This document shows, in pieces, positions 28,810 to 37,558 of a stretch of DNA of 64,000 bases. Each line of letters opens with the position of its first letter. The first letter of the stretch is position 1. The notes below the pieces were generated by a model. That model was not told where the DNA came from. It searched no databases and saw only the letters and a list, made by a program, of their open reading frames with translations. The translations under genes and the position numbers were made by a program. The DNA lies in the NCBI GenBank assembly GCA_963752015.1, contig CAVVWS010000001.1:628382-692381 (forward strand), given 5' to 3'. Source of the DNA: an uncultured Solirubrobacteraceae bacterium (GTDB taxonomy: Bacteria; Actinomycetota; Thermoleophilia; Solirubrobacterales; Solirubrobacteraceae).

Positions 28810-30295
28810 TCGACACAGACGCGTTTCCACCGCTGACCGGGACGACCTCGGTGGCGTACGGTGCTGTGGCATCGTTACCTGCCGCGGCAAGGTAGTGGGT
28901 GAGCAGGACCTGGCCGCTGATTCCGAGATTGGTGAGCGTCACATCCGTGGTGGTCGGAGTGGTCCCGTCGTTGACGGCCCAGACCACTCGCTGGCCGTCC
29001 GCGTTCGTCGCGGCGGCCGACAGGGTGACCCCGGTGCCGGCAGTGGTTGTGGCGTTGACATCGAAGGTGCCTTCGCCGAGGTCGAGGTCCTTGGACAGCA
29101 GCCGGAAGGTGGCGGCCTTGGGCTGCAGCCGGCCGTCGTTGTCGATGTAGGTCCACTGGTTGCGCCAGGCGGCGTCGAAGGCGCTCTGGTCGTCGCTGGT
29201 GTTGAAGATGAACGAGCCGTCAGCGCCTGCCTTGATGAACGACGTCAGCCGAAGCCCGACGTAGGAGATGGCGTCTGGGGACCCGTTGTTGAGCGGGTCG
29301 GCGTTGGCGGCGGCGGAGTAGTTCCACTCGTCGACGAACAGCGGTAGGTCCGGTTTGCCGGCTGCGGCGGCTGCGGCTTTCCAGGCGGGGACGTGCGCGT
29401 CGAGTTCGGTGTAGCCGAGGTAGCTGTGCCAGGTGGCGAAGTCCACCGCGTCCCTGGTCCGCGAGTCGCCGAGCAGGCCGTTCAGGAAGTAGGGGTCGCT
29501 GCTGGCCGTCGTTGGCCCGCCGAAATGTTTGGTCTGGTAGCCCTTCACCTGCTGCCATCCCTTGGCGGCGTAGAAGTAGATGTCCTTGTAGGCGTCGAGG
29601 GTGCTGGTGTAGGGCGAGTTCGCCAGCGACAGGCTCCAACCCTCGCCGTCGGGTTCGTTGATGGACTCGAACCAGTCGGCCTTGTCCTTGTAGTGGGCGA
29701 AGGCCTTCTTGTTCAAGTCGGTCCAGATGGCCCAGTCCATGGGCACGGAGCTGTCGCTGCCGTACCAGCCGACGCCCATGGACGGGTCGTAGCCGAGCCA
29801 GCTCGGGACGCTGTTGATGATGAGCAGAAGGGGTACTCCGGCCTTCTTCCACCGCGCGAGGTCCTTGGTTGTGGGTACCTCGGAATCAAAGGTGGGGTCC
29901 CAGTTCCAGTTCTTCGGGTTCGCCGCCCCGATCGGTCCCCCACGGCGGTGCAGGTCCAAGTTGTACGTCGCCACCGTCGTGGGGACGTCGGTCACCCGGT
30001 CAGCGGCCTTGGTGGTGCGGGGGACGAGGTCGTAGAGATACACGTCGGCCCGGACCATGGTGATGCCGGAGCTGGCGACCAGTGACGCGTACTTGGAGTT
30101 CAGCTTCGGCCAGGATGAGATCCCGAAGTTGAACTTCCCGGCCTCGGTGGTGGTCGTGGCGTAGTCCGCGGTGATCGAAGCCGTGGCGACCGCGCGCTGC
30201 TGCCCGGCGGCTGGCGCTGCCCCGGATGCGACGACGGCGGTGGCGATCAGGCAGAGGGCGCGGGCCAGAGACAGCGGACGGATGGGCGCCTTCAT
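28766..30295 (-). CDS. secreted glycoside hydrolase, clan GH-A-like TIM barrel plus C-terminal beta-sandwich
   Basis: ATG 30295. Signal peptide MKAPIRPLSLARALCLIATAVVASGAAPAAG. Candidate acid/base FESINEPDGE and nucleophile LFVDEWNY. A 100-nt sample was about 64% GC, against 71-79% in neighbours. Confidence 0.7.
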   Translation of the reverse strand: MKAPIRPLSLARALCLIATAVVASGAAPAAGQQRAVATASITADYATTTTEAGKFNFGISSWPKLNSKYASLVASSGITMVRADVYLYDLVPRTTKAADRVTDVPTTVATYNLDLHRRGGPIGAANPKNWNWDPTFDSEVPTTKDLARWKKAGVPLLLIINSVPSWLGYDPSMGVGWYGSDSSVPMDWAIWTDLNKKAFAHYKDKADWFESINEPDGEGWSLSLANSPYTSTLDAYKDIYFYAAKGWQQVKGYQTKHFGGPTTASSDPYFLNGLLGDSRTRDAVDFATWHSYLGYTELDAHVPAWKAAAAAAGKPDLPLFVDEWNYSAAANADPLNNGSPDAISYVGLRLTSFIKAGADGSFIFNTSDDQSAFDAAWRNQWTYIDNDGRLQPKAATFRLLSKDLDLGEGTFDVNATTTAGTGVTLSAAATNADGQRVVWAVNDGTTPTTTDVTLTNLGISGQVLLTHYLAAAGNDATAPYATEVVPVSGGNASVSITIPAKSVYGILIA

Positions 30296-30529
30296 AGTTG
30301 TATCTCTCGGGGCGAGGACAGGTGGCCAGGACACGAACCCAGGACCATGTGTACGGGCTTTCGATGCGCCGAGTGTGTACCCCTCGCAGACGAGACGTAA
30401 AACGAAAGCCGACCATGAGTCGACCCCGAGAACGACGACATCAACGACTGCGAGTTCCACCTCGTACGTCGCCACTTCGACGTCCGGGCGTTCGGCGTCA
30501 ACGCCGCGACCGGTGACGCCGGCGACGAG

Positions 30530-30793
30530 ATGATCGAGCCGCATCACGAGGCCGACGACGAGGAGAACCAGACGAACGGCCACGAGGAGCTCTTCGCCGT
30601 GATGACCGGACACGCGGTCTTCACGGTCGACGGCGAAGAGATCGACGCGCCGGCCGGGACGATCGTCTTCGTGCGCGATCCGGGGTTGATCCGCGCCGCC
30701 CGGGCGACCGCCGACAACACGGCGATCTTCATGGTCGGAGGACCCGTCGGCGTCCCGTACACCGTCTCGCGTTGGGAACAAGCGCTCCCGTGA
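30530..30793 (+). CDS. cupin-domain protein, apparently 5'-truncated
   Basis: GHEELFAVMTGHAVFTVDGEEIDAPAGTIVFVRDPG. Cupin-like sequence continues upstream in frame (VDPENDDINDCEFHLVRRHFDVRAFGVNAATGDAGDE from 30419). It is preceded by TGA at 30416, and there is no start codon before ATG 30530. Confidence 0.6.
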   Translation: MIEPHHEADDEENQTNGHEELFAVMTGHAVFTVDGEEIDAPAGTIVFVRDPGLIRAARATADNTAIFMVGGPVGVPYTVSRWEQALP

Positions 30794-30825
30794 CCGCGCA
30801 GCCCACGCCCGCTGTCAGCGGTCCA

Positions 30826-31587
30826 CTAGGAGATCTTGCGGCGGTACGTGACCATGGCGAAGCTGTACGCGACGACGAGGATGCCGACGCACCAGGCAAG
30901 GGCGATCCAGATGTCGGTGCCGACCGGCTGCTGTGTGAGCAGGTCGCGGATCGCGTTGACGATGGTCGTCACCGGCTGGTTCTCGGCGAAGGCGCGCACC
31001 GCGCCGGGCATCGTGTCGGTGGGCACGAATGCCGAGCTGATGAACGGCAGGAAGATGAGCGGGTAGGCGAACGCGCTCGCGCCGTCCGCGGAGTGCGCGG
31101 TGAGGCCGGGGATGACGGCGATCCACGTCAACGCCAGGGTGAACAGGATCAGGATGCCGGCGACCTCGAGCCACGCCAGCACTCCCGCGCCCGAGTGGAA
31201 GCCCATGAGCAGGGCGACGAGCACGACGACCACGACCGAGATCAGGTTGGCGACCAGCGAGGTCAGCACGTGCGCCCACAGCACGGACGATCGTGCGATC
31301 GGCATCGACTGGAATCGCTCGAAGATGCCGCTCTGCATATCCAGGAAGAGCCGGAATGCGGTGTAGGAGATGCCCGAGGCGATCGTGATGAGCAGGATGC
31401 CGGGCAGCAGGTAGTTCACGTACGGATCCGACCCTGTGTTGATCGCGCCGCCGAACACGTAGACGAACAGCAGCAGGAAGGCGATCGGCATGATCGTGGT
31501 CGTGATGATGGTGTCCGGGCTGCGCGTGATGTGGCGCAGGGATCGTCCGGTCAGGGCGGCGGTGCCGCCGAAGAATTGCGTGGTCAT
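30826..31587 (-). CDS. ABC-2 type transporter permease
   Basis: 253 aa, 6 TM, DrrB-like pattern (TGRSLRHITRSPDTIITTTIMPIAFLLLF...). Confidence 0.85.
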   Translation of the reverse strand: MTTQFFGGTAALTGRSLRHITRSPDTIITTTIMPIAFLLLFVYVFGGAINTGSDPYVNYLLPGILLITIASGISYTAFRLFLDMQSGIFERFQSMPIARSSVLWAHVLTSLVANLISVVVVVLVALLMGFHSGAGVLAWLEVAGILILFTLALTWIAVIPGLTAHSADGASAFAYPLIFLPFISSAFVPTDTMPGAVRAFAENQPVTTIVNAIRDLLTQQPVGTDIWIALAWCVGILVVAYSFAMVTYRRKIS

Positions 31588-31596
31588 TGTTGGTCC

Positions 31597-32400
31597 TTAC
31601 TCGTGCGTGCCGACGCTGACGGTCTCGCCGGCGTCGCCGTGCTTGCCGTTGTCACCGACGATGGCGAAGAAGACGTCTTCGAGGGTCGGCTGCTTCTCGA
31701 CGTATTCGACCTTGGCGGCCGGGAGGAGCTGCTTGAGCTCGGCGAGGGTGCCGTTGACGATGATCCGACCCTGGTGGAGGATCGCGATCCGGTCGGCGAG
31801 GTGTTCGGCCTCGTCCAGGTATTGCGTCGTGAGCAGCACCGTCGTGCCGTGCTCGGCGAGTTCCTTGATGGTCTGCCACACCTCGATGCGCCCTTGGGGG
31901 TCGAGCCCGGTCGTCGGCTCGTCGAGGAAGATGACCGGCGGATCCCCGATGAGGCTCATCGCGATGTCGAGGCGGCGGCGCATGCCGCCCGAATACGTCG
32001 ACACCTTGCGCGCGCCGGCGTCGGTCAGCGAGAAACGACCGAGCAGGTCATCCGCGATCGCGCCCGGGTCCTTGACCTGGCGCAACTTGGCGACCAGCAC
32101 GAGGTTCTCGCGCCCGCTGAGGATTTCGTCGACGGCCGCGAACTGTCCGGTGAGGCTGATCGACTCGCGCACGTCCGCCGCCAGCGTGGCGACATCGAAG
32201 CCGTTGACGCTCACAGTGCCCGCGTCGGCCTTGAGCAGCGTGGACAGGATCTTCACGACCGTGGTCTTGCCGGCCCCGTTGGAGCCGAGCAGGGCGAAGA
32301 TGCTGCCTCGCGCCACGTCGAAGTCCACGCCGCTCAGCACCTCCAGCTTCTTGTACGACTTCTCCAGACCCCGAACGCGGATGGCTGCGTCGGTAGTCAT
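31597..32400 (-). CDS. ABC transporter ATP-binding protein
   Basis: ATG 32400. Walker A GSNGAGKTT, signature YSGGMRRR, Walker B VIFLDEPTTGLD. Confidence 0.9.
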   Translation of the reverse strand: MTTDAAIRVRGLEKSYKKLEVLSGVDFDVARGSIFALLGSNGAGKTTVVKILSTLLKADAGTVSVNGFDVATLAADVRESISLTGQFAAVDEILSGRENLVLVAKLRQVKDPGAIADDLLGRFSLTDAGARKVSTYSGGMRRRLDIAMSLIGDPPVIFLDEPTTGLDPQGRIEVWQTIKELAEHGTTVLLTTQYLDEAEHLADRIAILHQGRIIVNGTLAELKQLLPAAKVEYVEKQPTLEDVFFAIVGDNGKHGDAGETVSVGTHE

Positions 32401-32765
32401 TTCTGCTGCCCCCGCTCCGCGTCCTCGATCGCCTTGATCAGGCGAGCGCGTTCCTTGTCGATCCATTGCTTGCCGGTGTAGGCCTGGGCGAACGTCTCGG
32501 CGAACTCGACCGGGTCGTCACCGACGATCGCGCGCACGGGCGTGCCGTCGGCTGCGGCACGCTCCCAAAGGTCGGCGAAGTCGCCGAACATCGTGACGAT
32601 GGTGTCGCCGTCCGTGACGCCCCCGTAGTACATGAAGTACCGCTGCAGCGCCTTCGCGACGCTGCCGTACGGCTCGGGCAGGGCCTCGACGCGGGCCTTG
32701 TACTGCTTGTACTGCTTCTTCTGTTCGAGCGACCCGGTGACCGATTCGATCCACTTCGCTGCCAT
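32397..32765 (-). CDS. DUF1048 domain protein
   Basis: MAAKWIESVTGSLEQKKQYKQYKARVEALPEPYGSVAKALQRYFMY... Position between padR and the ABC genes is typical. Its stop overlaps the ATPase start. Confidence 0.8.
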   Translation of the reverse strand: MAAKWIESVTGSLEQKKQYKQYKARVEALPEPYGSVAKALQRYFMYYGGVTDGDTIVTMFGDFADLWERAAADGTPVRAIVGDDPVEFAETFAQAYTGKQWIDKERARLIKAIEDAERGQQK

Positions 32766-32766
32766 T

Positions 32767-33096
32767 TCACTTGCCTCCTTCGTGGAGCTGTTCCAGTCGT
32801 TCAGAGAGGAAGCTCCAGGTCCTCCAGAACTCTTCGAGATAGGACTGTCCCTGGGCGTTGAGCGTGTACACCTTGCGCGGCGGCCCCTTCTCGGACGGGA
32901 CCTTCTCGACGTCGACGAGGCCGCGCTGCTCGACCCTGACGAGCAGCGCGTAGACGGTGCCCTCGGCGATCTCGGAGAAGCCCTGATCGCGCAGCCACGC
33001 GGTGATCTCGTAGCCGTACGCGGGCCGGCCGGACAGGACCGCGAGGACGATGCCCTCCAGCGTGCCCTTTAGCATCTCCGTCATCTGCTTGCCCAC
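32767..33096 (-). CDS. PadR family transcriptional regulator
   Basis: LKGTLEGIVLAVLSGRPAYGYEITAWLRDQGF...GTVYALLVRVEQRGLV...RKVYTLNAQG. Confidence 0.9.
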   Translation of the reverse strand: MGKQMTEMLKGTLEGIVLAVLSGRPAYGYEITAWLRDQGFSEIAEGTVYALLVRVEQRGLVDVEKVPSEKGPPRKVYTLNAQGQSYLEEFWRTWSFLSERLEQLHEGGK

Positions 33097-33125
33097 GGAA
33101 CTCCCTTCAGCTACTCAGTGATACT

Positions 33126-33146
33126 TGCTACTGGTACATAGTAGCA
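33126..33146. promoter_or_regulatory. inverted repeat TGCTACT-N7-AGTAGCA upstream of padR (candidate operator)
   Basis: AT-rich palindrome 30-50 nt upstream of the padR ATG (33096, minus strand), inside an unusually AT-rich 80-bp intergenic region. Confidence 0.4.
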
Positions 33147-33177
33147 CTGAATAGCGACAGGGCAAGACGCCTGAGAC

Positions 33178-33780
33178 TCATCGCAGCGGGAACAGCTCGC
33201 GCAGGCGCGCGACGGCCGGCTCGTCGCTGTGGCGGCCGCGCCAGAGCACGGCAGCGAGCGTCGCGGGGTCGGTGTCGATCGTCGCGTCGGGCTTCGGGGC
33301 CGGTCCGCGGGAGATCGCGAGCGTGCCGTCGCGCACGCGCGCGTGGAACCGGTCATCGCCGAAGCGCAGCTCGTAGCTCTCCGGCCGCCCGGTCGCCGCG
33401 GCGGGGTCGAACATCGTCTTGAGCGCCAGCATCGCCGCGTCAGGTCCGAACGTGATGTCGCCGTCCGGAAACGGCTCGCCGGTGCCCCAGCGGCCGAGCT
33501 CGAGCAGGACCGGCTCGAGCGCCTGCCCGCGCTCGGTGAGCTCGTAGACCTGCGACGCGGCGGGCGGGGGGAGCCGCCGGCGCTGCAGCAGCCCGGCGTC
33601 CTCGAGGTCTCGCAGGCGCTGCGAGAGCACGTCGGGGCTCACCCTCGGGAGGCCCGCGCGCAGGTCGCTGAAGCGCTTCGGCCCCAGAAGCAGGTCGCGG
33701 ATCACCAGCAGCGCCCAGCGGTCGCCGACCACGTCGAGCGCGCGCGCGATCCCGCAGGCGTCACCGTAGGTGCGCATCAC
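33178..33780 (-). CDS. HxlR-family transcriptional regulator with C-terminal SCP2-like extension
   Basis: CGIARALDVVGDRWALLVIRDLLLGPKRFSDLRAGLPRVSPDVLSQRLRDLEDAGLL. Confidence 0.85.
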   Translation of the reverse strand: MMRTYGDACGIARALDVVGDRWALLVIRDLLLGPKRFSDLRAGLPRVSPDVLSQRLRDLEDAGLLQRRRLPPPAASQVYELTERGQALEPVLLELGRWGTGEPFPDGDITFGPDAAMLALKTMFDPAAATGRPESYELRFGDDRFHARVRDGTLAISRGPAPKPDATIDTDPATLAAVLWRGRHSDEPAVARLRELFPLR

Positions 33781-33805
33781 GACGGGAGTCTAGTACGGTT
33801 ATCCA

Positions 33806-33834
33806 CCTATGCAGTTGGTTTTTCCAACCATAGG
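33806..33834. promoter_or_regulatory. imperfect palindrome CCTATGCAGTTGG-TTTTT-CCAACCATAGG in the HxlR/VOC divergent promoter
   Basis: Sits in the 63-bp region between the HxlR start (33780, minus) and the VOC start (33844, plus). Arms CCTATG/CATAGG and GTTGG/CCAAC. Confidence 0.45.
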
Positions 33835-33843
33835 CTGCACGAC

Positions 33844-34584
33844 ATGAGCGAACGCAGCGGTTACGAGCCCGGCGTCCCGTGCTGGGTCGACACATGGCAG
33901 GGCGAGCCGGCGGCCGGCTTCTACACGGAGCTGTTCGGCTGGGAGGCCGCCCGCGGCGAGTACTCGATGTTCCGGCTCCGGGGGCGCGATGTCGCCGGCC
34001 TCGGCGGCGAGCCGGTCGAGCCGGCCGCCTGGACGACGTACATCCAGGTCGACGACGCCGACCGCGCCGCGGCCGCGGTGACGGAGGCGGGCGGCAGCCT
34101 GGTGCGCGAGCCCTTCGACAGCCTCGACGGCGGCCGCATGGCGATCGCCGCCGACCCGGCGGGCGGCGTGTTCGCCGTCTGGCAGCTCGGGGAGCACAGC
34201 GGCGCCGCCGTCGTCAACGAGCCGGGCGCGTGGGCGATGAGCGCCCTCTCGACGCCCGACCCCGAGGCCGCGAAGGCGTTCTACGGCGCGGTGTTCGGCT
34301 GGGAGACCGAGTCGTTCGGGCCGGCGACGATCTTCCGCCTGCCCGGCTTCGTCGGCGGCGAGCCCCAGCAGCCGGTGCCGCGCGACGTCGTGGCGGTGAT
34401 GATGCAGGGCGACGCCGCGGCCTGGACGCCGGACTTCTGGGTCCACGACGCCGACGCCGTCGCGACCCGCGCGGGTGAGCTCGGCGGCAGCGTCCTGATG
34501 CCGCCGTCGGACACCGGCGTCGGCCGCACCGCCGTGCTCGCCGATCCCGCCGGCGCCGTGTTCTCGGTCAGCAAGGTCGTCTGA
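33844..34584 (+). CDS. two-domain VOC (glyoxalase/bleomycin resistance) family protein
   Basis: ATG 33844. MSERSGYEPGVPCWVDTWQGEPAAGFYTELFGWEA... with a second half repeat GAWAMSALSTPDPEAAKAFYGAVFGWET. Confidence 0.8.
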   Translation: MSERSGYEPGVPCWVDTWQGEPAAGFYTELFGWEAARGEYSMFRLRGRDVAGLGGEPVEPAAWTTYIQVDDADRAAAAVTEAGGSLVREPFDSLDGGRMAIAADPAGGVFAVWQLGEHSGAAVVNEPGAWAMSALSTPDPEAAKAFYGAVFGWETESFGPATIFRLPGFVGGEPQQPVPRDVVAVMMQGDAAAWTPDFWVHDADAVATRAGELGGSVLMPPSDTGVGRTAVLADPAGAVFSVSKVV

Positions 34585-34652
34585 TCCGCCCCACGCCCCT
34601 TGGTGGCGATGCTACCTGCCGGCAGAGCTGCTGGCGCAGCGTGCCGAAGGCG

Positions 34653-35982
34653 TCACGGCACTGCGGCGGTCTCGCGCTCTGGCGCGACGTCCTCGTCCCA
34701 GTCGATCTTCGGGATGTCGGCCCGGTCGAGCACCTGCGGCCCCCGCGACTTCGTGAAGTAGTCCCAGCCCCAGGTGATGAACGCGTCGACACGGTTCCGG
34801 ACGCCCGTCATGAGCGTGGCGTGGACGCCCAGCCAGGCGGAGAACGCGATCGCGCCGTGGAGCTCGTGGCGGTGTGCTCCCACCTCGGCGATCGCGGCGC
34901 CGCGGCCGATCATCGCCATGATGCCCTTGTCGTGGTAGTGGAACGACTTGCGCGGCGAGCCGGCGGCGTCGGCCAGGATGTTCTCGGCGGCCCAGACGCC
35001 GCTCTGCAGGGCGACCGACCCCAGCTGCGGATGGGTCTGGCCGTCCGGGCTCGGGATGTTCGCGACGTCGCCCACCACGTAGACGCCCTCTGCGCCCTCG
35101 ACCAACAGGTCCGGCCGTACGTCGATCCGCCCGCCGCGACCGCGCGGGAGGTCGCCCGCCGCGGCGATCGGCGGCGCCTTGATGCCGCCGCCCCACACGA
35201 CGCACCGCGTCCGCAGCGTGCTCCCGTCGGCGAGCGACACGTGACCGGCGCCGACCTCGGTCACGGCGACACCGAGATGCAGCCGGACGCCCTTGCGGCC
35301 GAGCACCTTGGCGGCGTAGTCGTGCGCGCTCGTCGGAGAACGGGCCGAGCAGCGTGTGGCCCAGGTCGACGAGATGGATCTGCGCCGCGGTGACCGCCAG
35401 GTCGTGGTACTCGACGCTCATCGTCTCCGCGATGAGGTCCGCGAGCGCCCCGGCCAGCTCCACTCCGGTCGGCCCGCCACCGACGACGACGAACGTCAAC
35501 GCGCCCTGATCGATGCGACTCGGGTCGCGGTCCGCCGCCTCGAACACCTCGATTATCCGGGAGCGCAGCCGCGTCGCGTCGTCGAGCGAGTAGAGCGGGA
35601 GGGCGTGCTCCTCCGCGCCGGGCGTGCGGAAGAAGTTCGGCTGCGAGCCGGCGGCCAGCACGAGCGCATCGCCCGTGAAGCCATCGCCCTCGGCGAGCGT
35701 GACCGTGTGGGTGGCCAGGTCCAGCTCGGTCACCTCGCCGAGCTTCACGTCCACGTTGTCGTGCTCGCGGAACAGCTTGCGCAGCGAGAACGCGATGTCG
35801 CTCGACGCGAGCTGGGATGTCGCCACCTGGTACAGCAGCGGCTGGAACTGGTGGTAGTTGTGGCGGTCGACCAGCGTGACGCGCACGCCGTCCTCGCCGG
35901 CGAGCCGCTTGACGCACCCGAGGCCGGCGAAGCCACCGCCGACCACGATCACGTGCTTCGTGGCACCGTTGTCATGCGACAT
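34653..35982 (-). pseudogene. ndh: type II NADH dehydrogenase (NDH-2), single frame break as sequenced
   Basis: ATG 35982. KHVIVVGGGFAGLGCVKRL and FVVVGGGPTGVELAGAL in the 34612..36051 frame, through ...LLGPFSDE. The rest (...KVLGRKGVRLHLGVAV...VYVVGDVA...) is in ORF 34653..35306. The join is in the gcgcgc tract at about 35332-35341. Confidence 0.8.
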
Positions 35983-37558
35983 GCTCAGGCTCCCGTTCCG
36001 GGCGCGCCGCGCCCATGCGCTCGAGCACGTGGTCGCCGACCCGCAGGGCATTCGCCATCGCGGTCAGCGCGGGATTCACCGCCCCGATGCTCGGGAAGAA
36101 GCTCGTGTCGACGACGTAGAGGTTGTCGACCTCGTGCGCGCGGCAGTCCGTGTTCAGGACTGACGTGGCGGGGTCGGTGCCGAAGCGGCAGGTGCCCGCC
36201 TGGTGCGCGCAGCCGGCCACCGGGATCTCGTTCTTGAGGTACGCGTGGCGCGGCACCAGGTGGTCGTGGTGCATGCCGAGGTGCCCCAGCATCGACTTGA
36301 GCTGCCCCAGCAACTGTTTCGCGGGCTCGTCGTTGGTGGCCTTGTAGCTGAGCTGGACGGCCCCGTCGCCGCGCAGCGTGACGCGGTTCTCGGCCCTCGG
36401 CAGGTCCTCGGTCGAGAGCCAGAAGTCGACCGCGTGCCGTGCGACGTTGTCCAGCGTCCGCTCCGGGGCCAGCCGGGTCTGGAGCGGCTTCTCGCCGCGA
36501 TACATCTCCGCCGAGGACTTCCCGACCATCTGGATGTTGCCGAGCGGGTACTCGAAATCGGGCGACCCGAAGTAGAAGTCGTTGATCCCGAGCGTCTTCT
36601 GGAAGACCGTCGGGTTCTCGTCCTTCGACAGCGCCAGGACCGCCTGGCTGTTGTGGAACATGTAGTTGCGGCCGAGCTGGCCGGACGCGTTCCCCAGGCC
36701 GTCCGGATGCGCCTCCGACGCCGACGCGAGCAGCAGCCGCGCACTGTTCGCCGCGCCGCAGGACACGACGACGAGATCGCCGGTGAACGTCTCGCGCTCA
36801 CCGGCGTGGTCGACGACCACACCGGTCACCACGGTGCCGCCCGCGTTCGTCTCGAGCCGCACCGCCTCGGCATTCGTCACGAGCGTGACGTTGGGATGCT
36901 CGAGCGCGGGCCGGACGCCGAGGACCTCGGCGTCCGACTTCGCGTGCACGAGGCACGGGAAGCCGTCGCATGTGGCGCACCGCACGCAGTGGCTGTGCGG
37001 CATGTCGGGCTCGACCAGCCGGATGCCGCACGGCGCATGGAACGGCCGGAGCCCGGCGGCCTCCAGGTCGTCAGAGAGCTGTTGGATGCGCGGCTCGTGG
37101 CTGACCGCGGGAAACGGATACGGGGCCGACGAGGGCGGCTCGGTCGGATCTTCTCCCCGGGCGCCGTGGACCTCGTAGAGCTCCTCGGCGAGCGAGTAGT
37201 AGGGCTCCATCTCCGCGTAGTCGATCGGCCACGCGGGCGAGATCCCGTCGTGGTGGCGCAGCTCGCCGAAGTCCTCCTCGCGGAGGCGGTACAGCGCGGC
37301 GCCGTAGAGCTTCGTGGCACCGCCGACGCAGTAGTGGACCTGTGGCTGGAACGCCTTGTCGCGTTCGTCGTACCACGTGTCCGCCGACACGTAGCGGTTG
37401 TCGACGAACACGTCGTGGGCCTGCCAGTTCTGCGGCTCGCGCGGGAGCCAGTCGCCGCGCTCGAGCAGCAGCACGCGCTTGCCCGACGGGGCGAGGTGCC
37501 GGACGAGCGTGCCGCCCCCGGCGCCGCTGCCGATGACGATGACGTCGTAGTCGCTCAT
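35972..37558 (-). CDS. GMC family FAD-dependent oxidoreductase with Cys-x2-Cys-x2-Cys-x4-Cys motif
   Basis: MSDYDVIVIGSGAGGGTLVRHL and HCVRCATCDGFPC. C-terminal ...GAVNPALTAMANAL. Its stop overlaps the ndh start and its start overlaps the zwf stop. Confidence 0.85.
   Translation of the reverse strand: MSDYDVIVIGSGAGGGTLVRHLAPSGKRVLLLERGDWLPREPQNWQAHDVFVDNRYVSADTWYDERDKAFQPQVHYCVGGATKLYGAALYRLREEDFGELRHHDGISPAWPIDYAEMEPYYSLAEELYEVHGARGEDPTEPPSSAPYPFPAVSHEPRIQQLSDDLEAAGLRPFHAPCGIRLVEPDMPHSHCVRCATCDGFPCLVHAKSDAEVLGVRPALEHPNVTLVTNAEAVRLETNAGGTVVTGVVVDHAGERETFTGDLVVVSCGAANSARLLLASASEAHPDGLGNASGQLGRNYMFHNSQAVLALSKDENPTVFQKTLGINDFYFGSPDFEYPLGNIQMVGKSSAEMYRGEKPLQTRLAPERTLDNVARHAVDFWLSTEDLPRAENRVTLRGDGAVQLSYKATNDEPAKQLLGQLKSMLGHLGMHHDHLVPRHAYLKNEIPVAGCAHQAGTCRFGTDPATSVLNTDCRAHEVDNLYVVDTSFFPSIGAVNPALTAMANALRVGDHVLERMGAARPEREPEHVA

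Noticed and set aside
30772-32481. 569-aa plus-strand ORF across the ABC permease and ATPase genes
   Set aside because: Shadow ORF opposite Walker A/B and ABC-signature-bearing genes.
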